64,000 bases of DNA from Utricularia gibba (taxonomy: Eukaryota; Plantae; Magnoliophyta): assembly GCA_002189035.1 (NCBI GenBank), contig CM007989.1, positions 4,526,001-4,590,000 of the forward strand, written 5' to 3'. The notes beneath the pieces were generated by a model that saw only the letters and a program-made list of their open reading frames with translations, was not told the origin of the DNA and did no database searches. Position numbers and translations under genes: made by a program. This document shows, piece by piece, positions 48,427 through 62,720 of the stretch (positions are counted from its first letter, which is position 1; each line of letters opens with the position of its first letter).

Positions 48427-51400
48427 TGCTAGTGTCATTTTTTGCATGTTTATCATATATTATTATGTGTTAATATAGGGTTGAGTTGTTCAAATCAGGA
48501 ATTAAATTAATAAGTATTTTATTTTATCAGAAAAATGCAATTTTTATTATTTGTATGTATTTTTGTGTTTTTTTTTTCTATACTTTCACCCAAAATTGGC
48601 AGCAAGCAATCGTGGAGCATTGCAGGAGATTTGCAGGGAACAATAAGCTGACATTTCATGACTTGCACGTGACTTGGAGCCATTGCGGATAGGAGACTGA
48701 CACTGTTCAAAACAAATGACTTACGATATATCAGAGTTTACATTAATGGTTGGGTACTTACTTGCATGAATATGAAAGATGACTGCAAAAGTAAGATAGA
48801 AAGAATGATGATGGAAAGGGAGTAGAAGTGAATGTAAACGGGATGTGAATCAAAGAAAAGTTGGAACTCTTTAGATCGGACTTTTTTTTTCACTTTTCAC
48901 ACTTGAACTTTTGGTTCTTCATCTTCACCATAGGGAGGAAGAACACTTTACTTTTCCGTTTTCTAATTTCTGTTTTCATGGCCATTTGTGGCTAAACTTT
49001 CTTAGGAACTGATGGAGTTTCCTTTAATGCCTTGAGTACTAATCTCGGTTTTTCACTGAATTTCTTCTGGATTTCACGTATTTCCACATGTCATGTGTCA
49101 CAACTTAAGGGAAAAATGGAGATTGGAGTTGGCGAAGAAGGAGTTAGGGGAGAAGAGTAGGAGGGAAGAGCTGAACGAAGAGGACAGAATTTTCATTTCA
49201 CAAAAGTTTTCTTTTCCCATTACAACGACTCGTTTTATAACAAATTATAATGGTAACTTCAAAAGCTGCTCTTTCTAAGAGCAGACACTTTTCATAGATT
49301 GTTCGATACCATCTTGAACTTGAGTACATGACCCACTTTGTCTTTGTTTCCTTGGTTTCCTTCTTGATTTTCAGCATTGTTTTCTTGGTTTCCTTCTTGA
49401 TTGTTAGCGTGATTGTCTGTGGGCTTCCTTGCCATTTATGCAACTACAAGATCTAGGTTAATGGAGATGAGTACTCATGGATGTGTGACATTTCCTCATG
49501 CTCCAGAAGATCCTTGTCCCTAAGGATCAAATTGGGGAAAGGTATGATGGAACCAGTGGGCATCCTCCCATGTGGCCATCTTTGGAGGGATACCTTCCCA
49601 ATAGATAAGAAATTGAGACAAAGGCTGGTGGTGGTGGCGAATGACGCAGCGATCTAAGATAAAAATAGGGCAAGGATCATCGCTAGAAGGGAGAACACAC
49701 GATGGGGTAAATTTTGGACAAAGGCATTTCTTCAAAAGCGAGACATGAAAAACAGAGTGGATTTTGCTCTTTGAAGGAAGAGAAAGACATTAGACTATTG
49801 AACCAATTTTCTCCACGATGGGGTAGGGACCATAGTACCGGCAAGCTAACTTTAGATTATGATGAACAGCTAACGAAAGTCTATCGATACGGTTGCAATT
49901 TCAGGTAAACCAAATCACCAACATTAAAAGTGCGCTCCGTCTGATTCTTGTTAGCATAGAGCTTCATTCGGTGTTGGGTGTGAAGTAGATGGCGCTTGAG
50001 GGTGTCAAGCATGATCAAACGCTCCTGGATGCTAGGAATAACAGGGGAATCGGTAGAATCGGCTAGCGCTCCAAGTAGGTGAGTGGGGAGTAGCCATAAA
50101 GAGTTTCAAAAGGAATGAGTTGGATACTGGTGTGAAATGAGGTATTGTACCAGAATTCTGCAAGAGGTAACCACTAACTCCATTTGCAGGGGTGTTGGTG
50201 ACACATGCCATGAAGATACGTTTCCAAGCATTGATTGACACATTCGGTTTGACCATCCGACTAAGGGTGGTAAGTAGTAGAAAGGATGATCTGAATATCC
50301 AGGCGGTGACAAAGTGCAATCCAAAAGGAGCTGGTGAAAACCTTGTCACGATCAAACACAATATTCTGAGGTAAACCATGTAATTTATAAACATGATCAA
50401 TGAAGAGGTCAGCAACGATTTCTGCAGTATAGGAGTGGGTGAGGGGGAGAAAATGAGCATATTTAGTGAGGTGATCCACAACAACTAATATAGTATTCTT
50501 CCTGCATGAAGGGGGAAGTCCTTCAATGAAGTCCATACTAATAGAAGTCCACTGATGCATAGGCATGGCCAATGGTTGAAGGAGGCCCGGGTGAGAAGTT
50601 CTATCAAAGTGGATACGATGACAAGTGTCACACTCATGTACCCATTGATCAACATCGGTGCGCATGTTTTTTCAATAAAAATATTTCTTAAGGTGTTGAT
50701 AAGTAGTTTGGATGTTGGAGTGACCACCAATAGCAGAAGAATGGAGAGCCAAAAAGAGTCTGTCACGAACGTCAGAATTAGCACCCACACAGTAGTGGTC
50801 CTTAAATTTCAGAAGACCATGGTGGAGGTGGAATTCCAGGTGAGAGGAAGAGTTCTGGAGTTTATTAATATATATGGTTTCGAGAGAGGGATCTTGCTTA
50901 TAACTAAGTTGTAATTCATTCAACCAATTAGGTTGGAAGACTGAAATGGAATACATAAAAACCTCTCTGGACAAGGCATCCATTGCATGATTCTGGGTGC
51001 TTTGTTTATAGAGAATTTCAAAATCAAAATCAAGTAATTTGGACATCCACTTTTGCTGAAAAAGGGTACCTAAACCTTGCTCACGTAAGAAATGTAAACT
51101 CTGATAGTCAGTGTGGACAATAAATGGGCAGCCAACTAAATAATGCTTCCAATATAAAATGTCCTTGATGACTGCTATTAACTCCTTCTCATAAATAGAA
51201 AGGCCCTTGTATTTGTCCCCTAATGCATGAGAGTAGAAGGCTATGGGGTGGCCATTTTGAGAGAGAACACCGTCATTCCCATAGTCATAAGCATCCATTT
51301 CAAGTATGAATTTCTTAGAAAAATCCAGAAGAATGAGAACTGGAGCAGTGTTGAGGGCCAGCTTTAAGAGGCAGAAGGATTCGGAGGTGATAGAAGACCA

Positions 51401-54400
51401 ATGAAACCCATCCTTTTTAAGTAATTGTGTAAGGGGTCGACTGAGAAGGCCATAATCTTTGATGAAGCGATGATAATATCCAGAATAATCCTAGGAAGCC
51501 GTGGAGCTCCTTAACTGTGCGAGGTTGTGGCCAAGAGAGCATAGCGTCAATCTTACTACTGTCTATGGCCACTCCTTTGTGGGAGATGACAAAACCAAGA
51601 TAGGAGATGTGTTGGACACCAAAAGAGCATTTTGAATGTTTGGCAAAGAGAGAGTGGCACTGTAAGAGCTCTAAGACCACCGCAAGGTGTTGAAGGTGTT
51701 CTACCCAAGATTTGTTGTAAACTAAGATATCATCAAAAAACACAAGCACAAATTTACGGATTACAGATGCAAATACCGTGTTCATCAATGGTTGGAAGGT
51801 GGAGGGGGCGTTAGTAAGACCAAATGGCATGACAAGGAATTCATAATGTCCCAAATGAGTAGAGAAGCTTGTTTTGAAAATATCTTGCTCTTGCATGCGT
51901 ATCTAAAAATAACCAGAATTAAGATCTTGCTTGGAAAAATATTGAGACCCATGTAATTCATTCAGGAGATCGTCAATAAGAGGGATTGGAAATTTATGGT
52001 TAATCGAAATGCTATTAAGGTACCGGAAATCAATACGCATATGCTAGCCACCATCTTTCTTCAAGACTAACAAAACTGGTGAAGAGAAGGGGCTTTTACT
52101 GGGTTGGATGTAACCATCCTCTAAGAGTTCAGCAACAATTTTCTTGAGCTCCTTTTTCAGGTGGTGAAGGATGCAGTTGGGGGGGGGGGGGTGGTGCTTG
52201 AGAACCGCTCTCGGAATTAAGGAATTTCGTGATCAATTGCTCGAGTAGGTGGAAGGTTCGCTAGTTCCTGAAAAACAACAGAAAAGTTTTCAACGATAGT
52301 AGCAATGTGTGGGGACCTGAACTTCCTAACTGTAGATAGCATAGAGGTGGCCCAAGCAGCACAAGGAGCGAGTGATATCAGAAGTCTTGATGGTAGTGGC
52401 ATTCAATAATGCAATCGATTCAGAGGAGCCTAAACAGGGAAGAGTGATGAGCTCCCCATTTTTGGTAATGGAAAAGGTCATCTTTTGATAGCTTCCGAAG
52501 AATGGGTCATGAGCACTGAGAAAGTTTCCCCCTAACACCATATCATAATTCCTGTGAAAATCAAAAATACGAAAATCAAAGCAGAAATTATGCGTTCCCA
52601 TTGTCCAACAGAAGTTGCGATGAATCTGATCATTAATTGTGCGCGTTCCTCCGGGTTCTGTGACATAGAGAGGAGTTATTCATTCCAAGTGAAGACCCAA
52701 AAGTGAAGCCAAGGTGAAATTGAGAAAACTACTGGTGGCTCCAATGTCAAATATTACACAGATGGTTTGATGTTTGTGCTATCCAATTAGGCTGAAATGT
52801 TTTTCTGATGTTTAACCATAGATGGCTTGCAGAGAGATTGAGGCATGAGGAATAGGAGTCTCAATAACTCCCTCTTGAGTGGCTTCGAAGTGAGGGTCGC
52901 CTGCATCCATGAGGTACAATTGACGGTGTGAGCAGCGATGAACCTTGGAGTAAGGGTCACCACATTTGATGCATAGCTTCTTCTCCAGACGTTCTTTAAC
53001 TAACACATCTGGAATCAATGTCTTTGACGGAGTGTAGTGGGCCCTTTGATGAGGTTTAGAATTAAAACCGGTGGAGGTGCGCTTGGAAAGAGCGAAGTAT
53101 TCTACTTCTCGAGCTAAGGCAAAGCGGATAATGTCGCCCACCTTAGTGAGCTGGGAACCACTAATTGCTTTATGTAGTTTTCCTTAAGGCCCCCAACCAA
53201 GATGGGGGGGAATGCTGCAGATGGGTAGCTGAGGCATAGGAGGGTAATTTGAGAACGATAAGTGTCACATTCCTCTAAATAATCCCGAATGGTACCTGTT
53301 TGCTTAATTTTGCAAAATTTTGCAAGGAGAAGGTTAGGATCCATTCAGTCAAAACAGAAAAGGAGATCGTTGAGGAAAGTTTCCCAACATCGAGAAGTTT
53401 CAGAGGCTAGATAGCATATACCCACTCATCAGCTATTCCTGTGAAACCCATGGAGGCATAATCTATCCATTCCTCTTTGGGAACCTGCTTGGTGAACCGA
53501 AAAAATTGAGTAATACAGCGTATCCAACCACGGGGGTTAGTTCCTTCAAATGAAGGTAGGGCCATCTTGGGTAGGTTGCCATAGCCTAGAGAATGGTAGA
53601 ATTCTGTCATGGTATCAGCATTGGGACGTAAATCAGGAATTCTGGTTGATCTAGGTGTCACCGTCGGTGGTATGAGTAAGAATGGAGAGGAAGTTCTGGG
53701 TCCTAATATGCTCCCGTTCACGAGATAGGGAGTGGATTTGTTGAGTGATATTCTGGAGTTGGGTTAACATGGTCTCATTGAATCCAGTCAAGCGTTCTTC
53801 GAGATGTCTGGTGGCTATTTGGTTTTTGCTCCACCGTTTTTCCATCTGTTCTTCGAATAGCCTTTGAGCCAAATGAAGGTCTTCTTGTGCTATAGTAATA
53901 GTTTGGAGCTGCTGTGGATAGGCTTCATTATCAGTGGGTTCCTCATGGTTAGCGTATGAGCGATAGGCAGAGAATTCCTCCCCTTGTTGGGATGCCATAG
54001 CACAAGTAATAATCTTGTTTTTTCCCACGTGGCACTAGGATGGTGCTCTGACACTAGTTTGTCACAACTTAAGAGAAGAATGAAGATTGGAGTTGGCGAA
54101 GATGGAGTTTGGGGATAAGAGTAGGAGGGAAGAGCTGAACAAAGAGGACAGAATTTTCATCTCACAAAAGTTTTATTTTCCCATTACAACGACTGGTTTA
54201 TAACAAATTGTAATGGTAACTTCAAAAGTTGCTCTTTCTGAGATCAGACACTTTTGATAGATTGTTCGATCCCATCTTGAACTTGAGTACGTGACCCAAA
54301 CACGTAACAACTGTAAAATTTAATATAAAACGTTTTTCACAAAACTCAACTCTGTGAGATTGACACCCATACTATGCTTATTTGGGTTTTATGTTTTTCA

Positions 54401-54434
54401 AAATTAAAATTTATTGAGAAAACGACACGTAACA
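48427..54434 (+). mobile_element. Athila-type solo LTR (family B related) hosting the nested Reina element
   Basis: Starts TGCTAGTG, ends ACACGTAACA; TSD GTACG/GTACA (1 mismatch). The 3' part 54310-54434 matches the reverse complement of 16870-16970. Confidence 0.6.
49096..54298 (-). mobile_element. Ty3/Gypsy chromovirus, Reina-like: 3' LTR 49096-49490, truncated 5' LTR 54060-54298, gag-PR-RT-RH-INT-chromodomain, disrupted
   Basis: The LTRs share ~240 bp at high identity; degenerate Met PBS (tagtgtcagagc). gag LPKMALPSFEGTNPRGWIR, RT GHYEFLVMPFGLTNAP..FFDDILVY, INT WTSISMDFIEGLP, chromodomain QFLIYWEGIPPKMATWED at 49520-49735. About 5.2 kb. Confidence 0.92.
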
Positions 54435-54986
54435 GTACAGATCAACCCATGGATGTCCTACGAGAATCTATTGCGGATAAGCTATTGGTATTATCTTATA
54501 ATAGAAAGAAGAGCATAATTTAATGGACTCTTGCAAAATATGTTTCTCATTTCAATGCATTATCTATAATAAAAACATATGGTATTTAATATGTAAAATG
54601 AAGAAACAAACATAATTTGTAATATGTTTGATGGAGTCAAAAATCGGTAGATGTCAAGTAAAAAATATCACAAGAAGCCTACGTAAATCAATCAGAGAAT
54701 TGAGTATCAAATCAGTTCTTATAATAGGAAATCAGTTTTGAACCAAGAAACAAACTCTGACCACCTATAACAGAGGTGGCAGTTATATGTTAGTGAGACC
54801 ATATGTGCAGTCAACATAACCACCAGACACAGAAAGTAATTGACATTCTAAGAAATCGGTGGCTCGAGTCTCTCCTACAAATAGGAGAACGTTTGAAGGT
54901 AAACGTATCTATATCACTCACAAATCATTGTAAACCACCCTCTCCACACTTTAACAAAACCCTCTTCTCCGATGAGCTCCCCCCAA

Positions 54987-57900
54987 TAGAGGTGCAATCA
55001 ATTCGAATCAGAATCTACGATTCCAAGAGAACAGCATCCATACGGTATTGGTTCAATTCGACATACTTGCAACCATGGAACCATCAGTTTTGAACCGTGA
55101 ATCGTACATATTAATAAATTACAAAATTCTAAATATTTAATAAATGTATATGAAAACATAAAAACAGTCATTTTTTTGAAAAAATAATTATGACACCGAA
55201 AATCATTGTAAACGATTATGAATAATTATAAAGTTGGAGTAATATTAATAAATAAAAAATATATTACCCATTTAGAAAATTATTAAAATACTCAATACAT
55301 ACTTAAACAAATATGTAATTTGCAAAGTGCAAACTACTACCTCTGTCCACTAGTGGTTGCCAAGTGTCAACTGCTAGTGTGTGCACTTGTGGCTGTGCAG
55401 TGTGGTGTGTGCACATGATTTTGAAAGTAACCATTACATAATGACAAATTACTTAAGTCTCGTCAAAATAGATTATGCTTAGAGTGTGATAATAATGTGG
55501 AATTATCTAATTTTTTAATTATAACATTTTTCAAATAATTGTAGTACGTTATTTGATAATTAATGAACTTTTTTTTATTAGTTGAGAACCTTCTTTTGAT
55601 AGTATAATAAAACAAGCTTTACTAGGGTACAAAAAATGTTGTAGAAAAACTGCAAATAATATTGCATTTAAGGATTTTAAAAACAAGCGTGATTATTAAA
55701 TTTCTGCTTTTAAATCTTTATAATATAATTTTTGTTTATATTGTAATAGTTAGGAAAGTTACAACAATGAAAGTTATATTATTATTACTTCTTCTTAGGT
55801 GAATAATTCTTAGTATATGTAAAAATGAATTTTAGCTCTTTAAAAATGTTCATCATATAATAGTTTTTCCCTTGAAGAAATAAAAAAAAATTATAGCATT
55901 TTATGCAATTTCTGATAAGATTTTCTGTTCTTTAGTTAACTCGTCTGCCAACACAAATGTTATTGACATTTTAAAGAGTAGTATAAATACTATATTTAAT
56001 AGTTTTCTTCCACATTAAATACACTTGTCATATTTTAATTTTTTGCGTTCAAAATCTTTTGAAAGAATGTAAAATTCTTTTAAATATTATTCATGATTTA
56101 GTTACTATAATTAGAATTATACCTAATAGAAAAGATGATTTTAAAAGTATTTATCATGAAAAAATATTTATTATCATAAATTTCAAATTGATTGTTCAAC
56201 TAGATGAAATTCTACATATGACATGTTACAATTTTTTTATTTAGAATGAAAATGATCTTATTGAATTTTATGAATTTTTTATGGGTAAGAATTTCTTAAC
56301 ACATTTTATTTTTTTAAAAAATAAGAAGTTTAGTAAATTTATTAGAAATATTTTTTTATTTTACTGAGATTTTGAGTGTTATTTATTATCAACCTTTTCA
56401 ACTTGTGCTTTCATGTATTTGTAAAATTTCATTTCCTTTTATGATCATCAAGGTGATTGTGATTTTTTGAGAGATGTTGTGTGAAGTATGAAAAATAATG
56501 TTTTGGATGCATGGGATTAAGTCAAGAGATGTAAAAATTTTACTTGAATGCATTTGAAAATCTTTTAATGTGAATGATAATGCTATTTCCATTAAAAATT
56601 ATGCAGATATTGATATTGATGCTAATAACATTTTACATGCTATATGTTCTTTTTATGCTTCTAGATAGAGTGATCTTAGTATTATTATTCCTAAAACATG
56701 TAATAATTCGCGTGTGGCAATCGCAATCTAATATGGATATCATTTGTTTCATCCTCTTCATGATCTTCTTTAAATTATATTGATCAATAATACTATATTT
56801 GTTGAGGGTGTCAATGATGATAACTTTGATATCTTGGGTTGGTGGAAGACAAATTTTACTGCTTACCCCATATTGACTAGAATGCTAGAAGATTTTCTAA
56901 CAAATTTAACATATACAGTGGCATCTAAAAGTATTTTTAGTGTAAGGGAATGAGTTCTTAATCGCAAGCGTTTCAAATTGAATGCGGAGACCTTAGAGGC
57001 ATGCATTTATCTAAAAGAATGGCTGGAGGCAATAAAAAGTGATCCATGAAAATTGAGAACTAAATTTGAGTTCGAGTGAAGATGAAGTTGAAGACTCCTA
57101 ATTCCGAAACATTGGAGATGAAAAGTGAATTTTTGTAATAGAATGTTTTATTCATGCTTTTAATAGATATTGGATTGCAAATGCAAACGTCTAAAAAATT
57201 AAGAACTAGATTCTTGATATTGGATGAATAAGAGATTTGAGACTAAGAACTCAATTAGTTGATTGAGAGTGAACTCTCAACCCATGAAGGTCTAATGGAA
57301 TTTGCATTGAGCATAGAGCATTTCCGTTGTGGTTTATGCTTGTTATTATTGTCATTTTTAAAAGAAATATTAGAATATTTAAAGATTCATTTGTCTCATT
57401 TGACTAAAAGATCCATTTCAAATGTGTTGGCATTCGTGAGTATTTGTGACACGAACCACTACACACTAATTAAAGGGGTGAGAATAGGATTTCAATAATG
57501 GTGGACAAGTTTTGTTTGGCTACATACTTCAATAAAACTCAAGTTTCCTCAACACCCTAATTCTAGTAAAATAGGTAAGTCCAAAGGGAAATCTATCAAT
57601 ATCTAGTTAGGAGAAATGTTAATAAAAATATTTCATATTTTTTTCCATATTCTTATTGTAGAATTTGCTACCTTGCATAAAAAAGGATGCACAAGATCTT
57701 ATACTTCTCTTATCAAGTATGCAAAGGAATTTTAGTGACATTTTACCACCTTTTGTGAATGCACTAAGGGACAAAACTCTATTGATGGGGTGTATTGAAG
57801 AATCCTAAAGCAACTAAGAAGGATGGAGATGTGTCTAGAGATGAGAGGACATGGGATGCTAATAATCTAGAGGGGGGCAAGCACACACATGATGTTAATG

Positions 57901-59075
57901 ATGCGGATAATAGACTTGCATTTATAATAAAAGAGAATGAAAAGCTTCGCTACAAGCAGAATTCATATGAGAGTCGTTGGGCATACACCGAACCATCTTT
58001 GAGTGTCTCTGAGCCACAACAGAAGTTGATTATCTTGGATATAAATGATGTATTCATAGACATCGTATACAAGGTTGGATAATCAAGGTCACAAACCTCT
58101 CTAGACAAAATCATACATGGTCGATCAAGTACCTTAACACAATACTTATTTTTATCTGTTATATGCATTAACACTTTGTGAGATATCATAAATACTTTTT
58201 CACCTAATGTATACAGTCTTTTTACGTCCATATGTCTGTGCCTTTCTTAGATGGTGCTTGGATAATTTTATGTAGCCATATGGTCATCCCGTGGTGGGTA
58301 CATGTGCTATATCATTTTTTTCACCTTTAAAATTGTGCAAATACCATGCAAATACGGTCTTTTGTATGGAGCAACTGTAACCAATAATTCCATAGGTCTT
58401 TTAACCTTCATTATTTGACAAACTCATTTTTGTGTGGGATCAGTTAATGACTATGGACATAGGTATATGTGTTTACAACAATCCTAACAATACGCTCTAT
58501 ATAAAAGAGTTGATTTGTGTTTGAGCTATGAACGATGGGTTGAATACCAGATATAACCATTACAATACCCTCTTTGTTGATGACTCACCTCACAAGTTAA
58601 TAAAAAATTCGGTAAGCCATTTTTGCAATTCTCATCTAGCATATACTTGATTATATATCAAAACTAACCCTACATTTTTCAACAAAATAATGCTATTTTT
58701 CCAAAGCTTATGTGCACATCAATAGGGAAGATGCATCACCAAATGTTGATGGTGAAATGTGAACTTTTCTTGAAGGGCTATAGTTTGTCATGATGTTCAA
58801 AGCTATATTAATAATAACCAAATAGGACAGCTCACCATACGTTAGTGACATGTCTTATGGGAATATTATGCATACATATAGGATAATTAGAGTTACCCTA
58901 TATCAAAACCGTCTGTACGGTTCCAGTTCTAGTTGGATTCAAGGTTTCGGAATCCGATTCTAAAATAAAACCAAAATGGTGGTCCATGACGAACCGTGGT
59001 TTTTGAACCAATGGTTCACTCGAACCATATGGTTCCGAATCAAAACCCTACGATTCGGAACTGGTTGCACCTCTA
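54987..59075 (+). mobile_element. hAT transposon relic with intact 11-bp TIRs
   Basis: TIR TAGAGGTGCAA (54987) / TTGCACCTCTA (59075); GAACC/GGTTC/GAATC-rich subterminal regions; dimerisation domain DNFDILGWWKTNFTAYPILTRM..TVASKSIFSV..LNAETLEACIYLKEWL at ~56810-57030. The 8-bp TSD is not clearly preserved. Confidence 0.85.
57795..58720 (+). pseudogene. FCP1/NIF-like (HAD family) phosphatase gene fragment with introns, inside the hAT
   Basis: KLIILDINDVFIDIV (~58022), then after an acceptor at 58216 FLRPYVCAFLRWCLDNF.VAIWSSR, then LIFVWDQ..LYIKEL..YNHYNTLFVDDSPHKLIKN|gtaag. This is the ordered motif set of plant FCP1-homology proteins, with stops and a frameshift. Confidence 0.8.
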
Positions 59076-60118
59076 CCCCTAGCTCCGTAGTTTTCCGTCC
59101 AAAATTAATTTCCACGTAAACGTAATCCTTAATCCTTCTTCATTGCTTTACATGCAACTACAAATCGGATTGTAACACCAATAAATGAAGCACTCATTAT
59201 CGGTTTAACACCCGAAAAAAAAATCCTATGCCGATCCAATTTTCGACCACAACACTATTCATACTTATGTACAATCTATCTTCAATTACTTAAAAATAAA
59301 TTCTATTTAAATAGTGGATAGTACAGACTATTATTACTTATTTGTCATCGAATTATCTAATAACTTCTACTTGGTCATGAGTAGAAGTTACAAAAAAGTC
59401 ACACAAACTATAGCCTTAGGGTATAATCAGCACTACTTATTTTTAACTTATGATTTAAAGTGCAAGTTAAATTAATTATTACAGACTATTTCAATTTTTG
59501 ACTTATTTTTGACTTTTACTTTTACTTCTACTTATTTCCCTACTTATTTCATTTTGACTACAAACTAAGTTGAAAATCTATTTTTTCAATAAGTAGCAAA
59601 TTTGTTACTTATCAAAATAAGTTGACTACTTATTACAAAATTTTCATTTAATAGCCCTCTTCCACCAAATATGTTCACTCTCAAAATTTTCATTTAATAT
59701 CCCTCTTCTAAATCTTATTCATTGTATTCACTTTCATAGTGAAAAACATTGTGCTTTTGCATCTCCTCTTCTGCTTCTAGTAAGAACACAAATCTCTCAT
59801 AATTTTTTTCAATGTTTTACCCTCCCATAATTTCTACAAATTTGTATCAAGTTCTATCAATTTCTATTGAGGGATTTGTATGAATTTTTGTTAGGGTAGA
59901 ATTTGATGTTATTTCTATTAAGGTATTTGTACTATTAAGATATGCAGAAGCATAAGAAAACTTATTTGTTTGATTGAAAAAGTATTGGCTTCCTTGGAGA
60001 TCACTTCACGTGTCATTATTTGTTTAAAAAATTTTTTTATCAAATTGTTCTTATATGTACTTTAATATAATTACTTCTTTTTATTGAGTTTTTTGTCTTT
60101 TATAACAGTCATTAAACA

Positions 60119-62720
60119 ATGAAATCTCAAAAAGGTAAAGCACCAGTTAAGAGAAAGCTTTTGGAAATAATGTGGGATGGAAATAAGACATTCATACTAC
60201 TAAATGCCATTTTGAATGAGATTACCAAGAGGAATCGATCAACAACATTCTGCTCAATTGGGTGGGAGAACATCAAGAATGAAGTGAACGAAAAGCTTAA
60301 ATCATCTATGACATGAAGTGTATCAAGAATCTACATAATGAGCTTCAAAGCGAATAGACTCTTTGAAAAAAAAATTGTTGATAGGTCTTAGGTTTTCATC
60401 TTAGTGGAGCGACAAACATGCATCCACATTTTTTGAATGATCAATTACATATGAGTCATCAATGAACTATTTCTCTATATGTAACTGTAACCTTCAAATT
60501 TAGTTCATTTGGTTATGTGTATTACCATTGAGATACTTACATTTTAGGAGAATAGCAACTTCAAGAAACTCAAGGACAAGATGCTGTTATATCCCGATAT
60601 GCTAGCATAGATTTTTGATCTAGTGATACATTATGGTGAGAAAAGATATGGGCTAGCTGATGATATTGTTGTTTAAGATAAGAAATCTAATAAAGAGGAG
60701 GATCCATTGTTGTTTTTTAGAGATACACTAGATACAAATGACTTTTCAAAATCATTGAAAATTATAAATACACCACTTACTATAAGTGCCTTGTATTCAA
60801 AAGAAGTCATATCAATTCAGAGCAATAACCATGTTGTGATCCTTAATGTAAAAGGGATAGTAAGGAAAGTAATAGTGAAAAAATTGTGTATTTTTCTAAG
60901 GGTATGGCTGTTGTTTCAAAGAAAATATGTATTGAGATTGCTGCAGAATTTAAATTTTCCATTGAAAAATGTGTTCCATTGCTAGATGTAGCATATACCA
61001 TTCACAAAGGAGGAACTATATATCTGCAAGCTTTAAAATTCTTTAAGTATCAACATATTTATGAGATTTTCGTGTCTTTGACAAATTCCACAATTCAAAA
61101 AGACTTCATTGAAGTTGAAATTTGAAGGCAAGGTAGGGCTCTAGCATCTACTATTAGATCAGATGCTACATGTCCAAGAAAATATTGATGTAAGTTAGGT
61201 ATTTTTACTATCTATGTGATTATGCTTTATGTTGACATTTTCAAGTTTCATTTGTGTGATGGTAGATATTTGTTAATATGATTGTACTTTTTTATTCTAC
61301 TAAAAAATACAATATTGTTTTCATGTGATTTTTACTTTGAATTTCATAGAATTGTACCTTTAGATTTGATAAACACAAAATAATTATAATTATGTTGTAC
61401 CTCCAACAACCACAGTTACTACCATTACAACACAATGGCTTCTTCCTCCAACAATGAGCCATTTGATGATTTCTCCAATGATGAAAACAGAATGGTGAGG
61501 TGCCGATGTGCCGAGTTTCTTGAGATGCAACTTTCTCAAATGAAGCTTCTTTAAGATTACCATGAACACTACATGGTTGAATAACCTATCTACAATCATG
61601 CTATTAGTGGATGGTCTCTTTTACTATTGATGCTGAATGGACATGATAATCAGGTGTACAACGAGTTGTGTATGCATAGCCTAACATTTCTTCAATTTTT
61701 TGAGTTGTTTGTGAATGTCTATAGATTAACAAAGCAGCAATATACTTATGTGGAGAAGACAGTGGTCATTTTCCTATAAAGGGTAGGTAAAAAAGAAGGA
61801 TATTCAAGTCTTCAAGAATTCTTCGTTCAAGAAAAGGATCTCATACACATGACATTTCATAATGTGATTAAGGCATGTGGCAGAATGGAAAAGGATTGGA
61901 TCACCACAAAGCATGACAATACACAAGTGCATCTGTTTTTCAACAACAATGCCAAATATGCATGTTTCAAAAATTGTATCGATGTTATAGATGGTACTCA
62001 TATTAAAACATGCATTCCTGAGACTTAGAAAGCATAATTTATTGGGCGTAAAGGATATCCTACTCAAAATATACTTGTTGTGTTGTGATTTTAATATTAA
62101 ATTTACTTATGTTATGGCTTGTAATGAAGGTATTAGTCACAATAGTAGAATTCTTAGGGATTGCTTAAGTGAGCCAAGTCTACATTTCCAAATATATACG
62201 TGGGTTGATTTTTGAACTCGTCTCCTTTATTTTCAAATTTATCTTGCTGTGATTCAGTAAGATTAATTTTTTGTAGTCAAGTATTATATGATGGATACTG
62301 GATTTGTGAATACAATAGACTTTATATCACCATTTCAACGTAAGAGATATCATCTTCTAGACTTTCATTGTCAAACTCAAGGAGGAAACAAAAATAACGT
62401 GAATGCCTCAACGCTTGAGATGCATTATCAAGCATCCGAAAAAAACGATTTCAGATGGTCAATGATGTATCAACTAACATGAAATACAAATATCAAGTGA
62501 GATTAGTTGTAGCCATAATGACCATACACAATTGGCTATATCATGTTAACAAGGAAGATAATGGTTCTCATTTATCTTATTTTGAAGGTGATAATTGTAA
62601 TGTAGACAATAATGATGTCATTGAAAAAGAAAATGAAGATGATATCACAAATCAACATATGGACTTATTATGGGACTCAATTGTTGATGAATTGTGGGTT
62701 ATTTATGGACGAAGATCATG
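60119..62720 (+). mobile_element. PIF/Harbinger relic: Myb/SANT ORF1 plus DDE transposase
   Basis: WDGNKTFILLNAILNEITKRNRSTTFCSIGWENI (Myb/SANT-like) at 60119; CFKNCIDVIDGTHI..FIGRKGYPTQNILVVCCDFNIKFTYVMA.NEG.SHNSRIL at ~61960-62170; MTIHNWL at ~62520. TIRs not identified. Confidence 0.85.

Noticed and set aside
52178-52192. Poly-G tract as a G-quadruplex element
   Set aside because: A homopolymer inside the dead Reina RT start; probably slippage or a sequencing artefact.
54979-59083. 8-bp TSD for the hAT element (ccccccaa vs cccctagc)
   Set aside because: Only 4 of 8 positions match; not counted as evidence.
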